Shown here: piece after piece, positions 60,232 through 64,000 of the stretch
Layout of the letters: each line of letters begins with the position of its first letter
Position numbering within the stretch: position 1 is the first letter of the stretch
NCBI GenBank assembly: GCA_016931965.1
Contig: JAFGDT010000086.1
Span: 129,142-193,141 of the forward strand
DNA from: a bacterium
Lineage (GTDB): Bacteria; Zhuqueibacterota; QNDG01; DSAB01
DNA length: 64,000 bases
Reading direction: 5' to 3'
The notes under the pieces: generated by a model
The model's database searches: none
What the model saw: only the letters and a program-made list of their open reading frames with translations
What the model was told of the DNA's origin: nothing
Position numbers and translations under genes: made by a program

Positions 60232-60870
60232 CTATCTCCCCCTTTCCTGATCCGGCCAGATGATTTTATGGAGCTGGAGCTGAAGACGGACTTTCAATCG
60301 ATCTTGAAGGATTCCTTCGGCGATCCGTGCAGGATCCATTTGGCCGTGAACGGGTGAAAACAAAACATGGACACGATCGGATAAGGCATACCGTTTGATA
60401 ACGTCTTTCGCCCAGTTATAATCCGACAAATCGGTCAGCACAAATTTTACTTCATCATGAGGCTTGAGCCGTTTGATATTTTCCCAGTCCATTTTATCGC
60501 TTTCCCCGCTGCCTGGACATTTGATATCGACAATGCGGACAAGATTTCCCCTGGCAAGATCGATATTCTGCGTGCCGTTTGTCTCCAATAAAACCCTGAA
60601 TCCCCGCTTCGAAAGCACGCGGATGAGATCAGGCGTTTCTTCCTGAATCAGAGGTTCGCCCCCTGTGATTTCAACGAGCAAACAACCGTATTGACCGACC
60701 TGTTCAACAATCTCAGCGATGGACATGGGCGTTTTCTGATCAGCTGCATATCGGGTGTCACAGTACCTGCAATCCAGATTGCACCCGGAAAGACGCACAA
60801 AAACGCACGGCAGTCCGGCAAAGGAGGATTCGCCCTGAATCGAATAAAAGATTTCGCTGACATCGATCAA
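60232..60870 (-). CDS. queE: 7-carboxy-7-deazaguanine synthase (radical SAM)
   Basis: YSIQGES and [10 protein letters not shown] motifs. Confidence 0.9.
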   Translation of the reverse strand: MIDVSEIFYSIQGESSFAGLPCVFVRLSGCNLDCRYCDTRYAADQKTPMSIAEIVEQVGQYGCLLVEITGGEPLIQEETPDLIRVLSKRGFRVLLETNGTQNIDLARGNLVRIVDIKCPGSGESDKMDWENIKRLKPHDEVKFVLTDLSDYNWAKDVIKRYALSDRVHVLFSPVHGQMDPARIAEGILQDRLKVRLQLQLHKIIWPDQERGR

Positions 60871-60871
60871 C

Positions 60872-61240
60872 TTACGGCTCCGAATAAGAAACAGAATAGG
60901 TTGCCGACTCCCAGACAGTAACCCGCGAAATATGAACGGAAACAGGCAATTTTTTCTTCACTTCTTGATAGATGTAACGGGACAGATTTTCGGCTGTCGG
61001 ATTTTCCTGATCAAAGGGTGCAATATCATTCATGTGATGATGATCGAACGGCTTGATGACCGATTCCGTGATGGCCCTCAATGATTTGAAATCAAAACTG
61101 ATACCCACTTTATTGATTTGATCTGTTTTGACTTCTACGCGCACTTTGAATGTATGTCCGTGAAGATCCTTGCAGGGCCCCTCATAGCCGTGAAGCTGAT
61201 GGGAAGAGGCAAACTGGGTTTCAATCGACGTGCAGTACAA
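60872..61240 (-). CDS. queD: 6-carboxy-5,6,7,8-tetrahydropterin synthase
   Basis: CKDLHGHTF zinc/catalytic motif. Start assigned to the in-frame TTG with a GAGGAG SD. The ORF-track GTG at 61297 abuts the promoter -10 and cannot be inside the transcript. Confidence 0.8.
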   Translation of the reverse strand: MYCTSIETQFASSHQLHGYEGPCKDLHGHTFKVRVEVKTDQINKVGISFDFKSLRAITESVIKPFDHHHMNDIAPFDQENPTAENLSRYIYQEVKKKLPVSVHISRVTVWESATYSVSYSEP

Positions 61241-61300
61241 TGGATGGTACTCCTCTGCTTTTATGAAAAATGATCTGCTGTCCGGGAAAATCAACACTTA

Positions 61301-61329
61301 AGTATAACAAGAATTTGGGGGTTTGTCAA
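61301..61329 (-). promoter_or_regulatory. Consensus sigma70 promoter for the que operon (TTGACA-17-TATACT)
   Basis: The minus strand reads TTGACAaacccccaaattcttgtTATACT, with an exact 17-nt spacer. Confidence 0.55.
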
Positions 61330-61546
61330 GAAATTTGTGGACGTGCCGTCATATTCGAAATGGGATAATTTCATTCAACATCGTCAGGCTGAAATATCTA
61401 TTCACAAAAGGGATTCCTGCTCAAAATAATAAGGGAATGACAATACAACAAAATCCTAAATAAATACGATCACCCAGGCTCATCCGAAGTTGGGCGTTTG
61501 AAGAATGGGAACATTTGTCCCAATTTAATATCATATCATTGCCTAT

Positions 61547-61577
61547 CCCCAGATTCTTCGACTTCGCTAAGAATGAC
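61547..61577 (-). repeat. 33-bp dispersed hairpin repeat, copy 3 of 3
   Basis: ccccagattcttcgacttcgctaagaatgac. Confidence 0.55.
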
Positions 61578-61917
61578 CCTTACTCCTTAATGGTAAGACC
61601 ACACATGATCGCATTTGTTTCCCCCTGGATTCCCGCTCAAAACATCGGGGAGATAACACTTCTTGATTTGCCTTTTTGATGTTCTTTCATGGTTTTTTGC
61701 ACGGACTGTCGAGAAGACGCGTTTTTCCCCGATTCATCCAATACTCCGTATTTCTGCAAAGCAGTAAACAGAATGAGTGTTCAGCATGGCAATCCAAATC
61801 ATTGCTTCTAAATTAAACATTGACTTTCACCGATAATATTTTTATTATAAAAATTAATACAATTTGCCCATCAGCAGGGGCAGGTTGCTGAATTGACTAT
61901 TTTTCATGAGGAATATA

Positions 61918-64000
61918 TGATTTTAAAAAAATGGATCTATTTTTTGACAGGACCCATCCTGTGTACCACGCTTCTCTTCACGGTCTTCTGTTCCAATCCC
62001 GAGGATGCCACAGGCCCCGAAGATGAAGTCCCTATAACTCCCGGCGAGATAACTGGTGCTATTGATTCCGATTTACAGAACACACTGGATTTCGGTCAGC
62101 TTTCCCTGCTCGTCCCCAGTTCCGAAGTGGACATCGGTGATGACGGCTCTTTCGATGCGAACTTCCTCGTTGGAAGTCCTGAGAGTTTGCAGACAGCGAT
62201 TCTGCCCGTTCTGCAGAATGACCAGCCGGTGCTGCTGACCTATGCCTGCTCAAACAGCAGTCTCAATCCTCTTGGAACGACCATGGAGATCGGCGCCCAG
62301 AGCACGGCGCTGGCTCTGGTGATGATGCATCCCCTCTTTTACGGTTCCACGCCTCAGGGCCGTGTGGAGATCGCCAACCGCGTGGCAACCCACACCTCAT
62401 TTGCATCCCTGGTGACACAGGTCAGCACAGCTGTACAGAATGATCCCACAACCTATCTGGATAGCCTCAGTACTTACGACGCCCTTTATCAGCAGGCGGG
62501 AGAAATCGCTCTGAGCGTCTTCGATGCCATCGTCCCTGTGCAGAAACCGTCGGGAACCATTTCAAAACCAACATCACGTCCCAAGCCCTATGCCGCAGCA
62601 AACAACACCAGCAGCATTAAATACTTCAATCCTTATTACATCTTCTACGGAACAGGCGTATACGACTACAATACCGGAAACAACGTACAGACTTTCCTGC
62701 AGTCTCCAAGAGACCTCTACTGGGGTGTGGTTCCCTTCGTCGGTGATTACGGGGAAACCGTTCAGTCGCTCTCCCAGGGCGATTATACGTTTAAACTTTA
62801 TAAAGGATTTAATTGGTCCTCTGTGGGAATAGACGACGGAATAGATCCGTCCCATCCTTCGGGGAGGTCCACCTGGGCCAACACACTGATGGGCATTTTG
62901 AACATTGTCGGTCTGGTCTGCCCTTATGCTGAAGGCACGAATGTCAATGGACTGCTGAGCTCTGTCGATAATTTTTCCAGTATGGTGGACCTGTCCATTG
63001 CCGTGGGCAGTAAGGATGTGACGCAGATGATCACGGCATTTATATTTTTTATCAATGACAACAGGAATGTGATTGTGCAGATGCTCTGGAGCCCGCAGGA
63101 TGCCAACAATGTGGGTAAGTATCTTTCCAAACTCAACGGGGCATTGTCTAATGTGGCGCTGCCCCTCAAAGTGCTTCAGGCCGAGACCAAGGTTCCCTTC
63201 TTTTTTGATTTGGCTGTCGATGCGCCCTCTGAGGAGATTTTCAGCCGGCGCTTTCAGAACGGCATGCTGACAAACATCGAGCTGGGTCCCATACAGGTCA
63301 CGCAGCCGGATGCGGAGACCGAATGGGAATTGGGCGAAGAGAATGTGACCATCACATGGAATACGGGAAACGTGCCGGGCAATGTGACCATCGATCTCTA
63401 CAAGGGATCGAGTCTGGAGGAAATCATCTCCAATGACACACCCAACGACGGGCTTTTTGACACCTGGGATGTGACCTCCACGCTGGACACGGGAGACAAT
63501 TACACGGTCAAAATCTCATCCCTGTCAGCGGGAGACAACAGCGATTTCAGCGATCCCTTTACCATCCGCCTGCCGTTGAGCAATATTGAGATCACCGAGC
63601 CCAACAGCTCCAGCGTCTGGATGCAGGGCCAGCAGAATGTGACAATCACCTGGGAGCCGGACAACGTGACGGGCAATGTCGCCGTGGCTCTTTACAAAGG
63701 GGATGTGCTGGTGGAGACCCTTGCCAGCGCAACGAACAATGACGGCGACTGGATCGGGTATGATGTGCCTTCCGACATGACGCCCGGAACGGATTACCGG
63801 ATCAAAGTCACGCCTCTTTCCTACCCGGTCTATTACGGGATCAGCGATGACTTCGAAATCAAGGAAAATGTGTTTGAAGTGACCGAACCCAACAGCGGAA
63901 CCGTCTGGCAGCTGGGACAGCAGGATGTGGCCATTCTCTGGGGCACAGGTAATGTGACAGGTACTGTCGATATCGCCCTTTTTAAAAGTTCAACAAAAGT
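61918..64000 (+). CDS. Large cell-surface lipoprotein with tandem ~90-aa Ig-like repeats (5' partial, runs off the window)
   Basis: Open frame from ATG 61918 to the window end (over 690 codons, no stop); it is absent from the ORF track because it is incomplete. Lipoprotein-like signal (LLFTVFCSN). At least three repeats of the form E/TEPNS..VW..GQ..V.I.W....NVTG.V.I.LYKG. Confidence 0.6.

Noticed and set aside
61241-61300. Possible preQ1 riboswitch in the queD leader
   Set aside because: The leader is only ~55 nt. It ends in an A-rich tract plus GAGGAG SD (superficially preQ1-I-like), but it has no P1 stem-loop or conserved loop nucleotides. It is not called.
1-64000. CRISPR arrays, rRNA, integrase/transposase genes, prophage structural genes
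   Set aside because: No direct-repeat/spacer periodicity, no rRNA-like conserved blocks and no recombinase or phage hallmark motifs were seen on either strand.

Overview
This 64-kb window is gene-dense bacterial chromosome at roughly 40-50% GC with no rRNA and no CRISPR array. A T9SS C-terminal sorting domain, several Tat-signal Gfo/Idh/MocA oxidoreductases, a desulfoferrodoxin-type superoxide reductase, FeoAB and several radical SAM enzymes suggest an anaerobic FCB-group (Bacteroidota-like or candidate-phylum) organism, but taxonomy is inferred only.

Recognisable content:
- Macro-domain protein, Crp/Fnr regulator, NCS2 purine permease.
- A textbook cobalamin riboswitch with a terminator-type expression platform driving a BtuB-like TonB-dependent receptor; the ORF track does not show it.
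- Signal peptidase I; two ECF sigma / anti-sigma modules, one with an HtrA-like protease.
- DtxR/MntR-feoA-feoB behind a TTAGGCATGCCTAA operator palindrome.
- An orphan AmmeMemoRadiSam radical SAM enzyme; a GAF-PP2C phosphatase; a GNAT-thioredoxin fusion; a SplB-like radical SAM; a DUF4416 plus arylamine-NAT-like pair.
- An M23 peptidase; a methyl-accepting chemotaxis protein with two apparently cytoplasmic PBP1 sugar-binding domains.
- Three tandem Hsp20 genes.
- A DUF4954-like beta-helix protein plus SIS-domain protein pair.
- A GT2 / radical SAM / oxidoreductase operon.
- tRNA-Pro(TGG), rdgB, holA, lpxB-lpxK, a sigma-54 activator, nadB, a Phd/VapC toxin-antitoxin pair, and a complete folE2-queF-queC-queE-queD queuosine operon.
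- A partial large surface lipoprotein with tandem Ig-like repeats at the 3' edge.

Most interesting observations:
- An AT-rich three-gene islet (33.3-36.6 kb) carries a secreted TIMP/NTR-like protein with a T9SS sorting domain, a YkuD L,D-transpeptidase and a SpmA/SpmB membrane protein. It is bracketed by two ~110-nt ~82%-identical structured repeats that show a compensatory G:C to A:T stem change, and is followed by a frameshifted duplicate of the last ~25 codons of the upstream SIS gene. This looks like the relic of a site-specific insertion.
- A 697-aa protein has a kinase-like N-lobe (GxGxxG...AVK) fused to a polytopic membrane domain, and shares an upstream motif with the neighbouring outer-membrane beta-barrel gene.
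- Several dispersed intergenic repeat families: a giant AT-rich palindromic MITE-like element in two copies, a 33-bp hairpin repeat in three copies, and repeats flanking the btuB unit.
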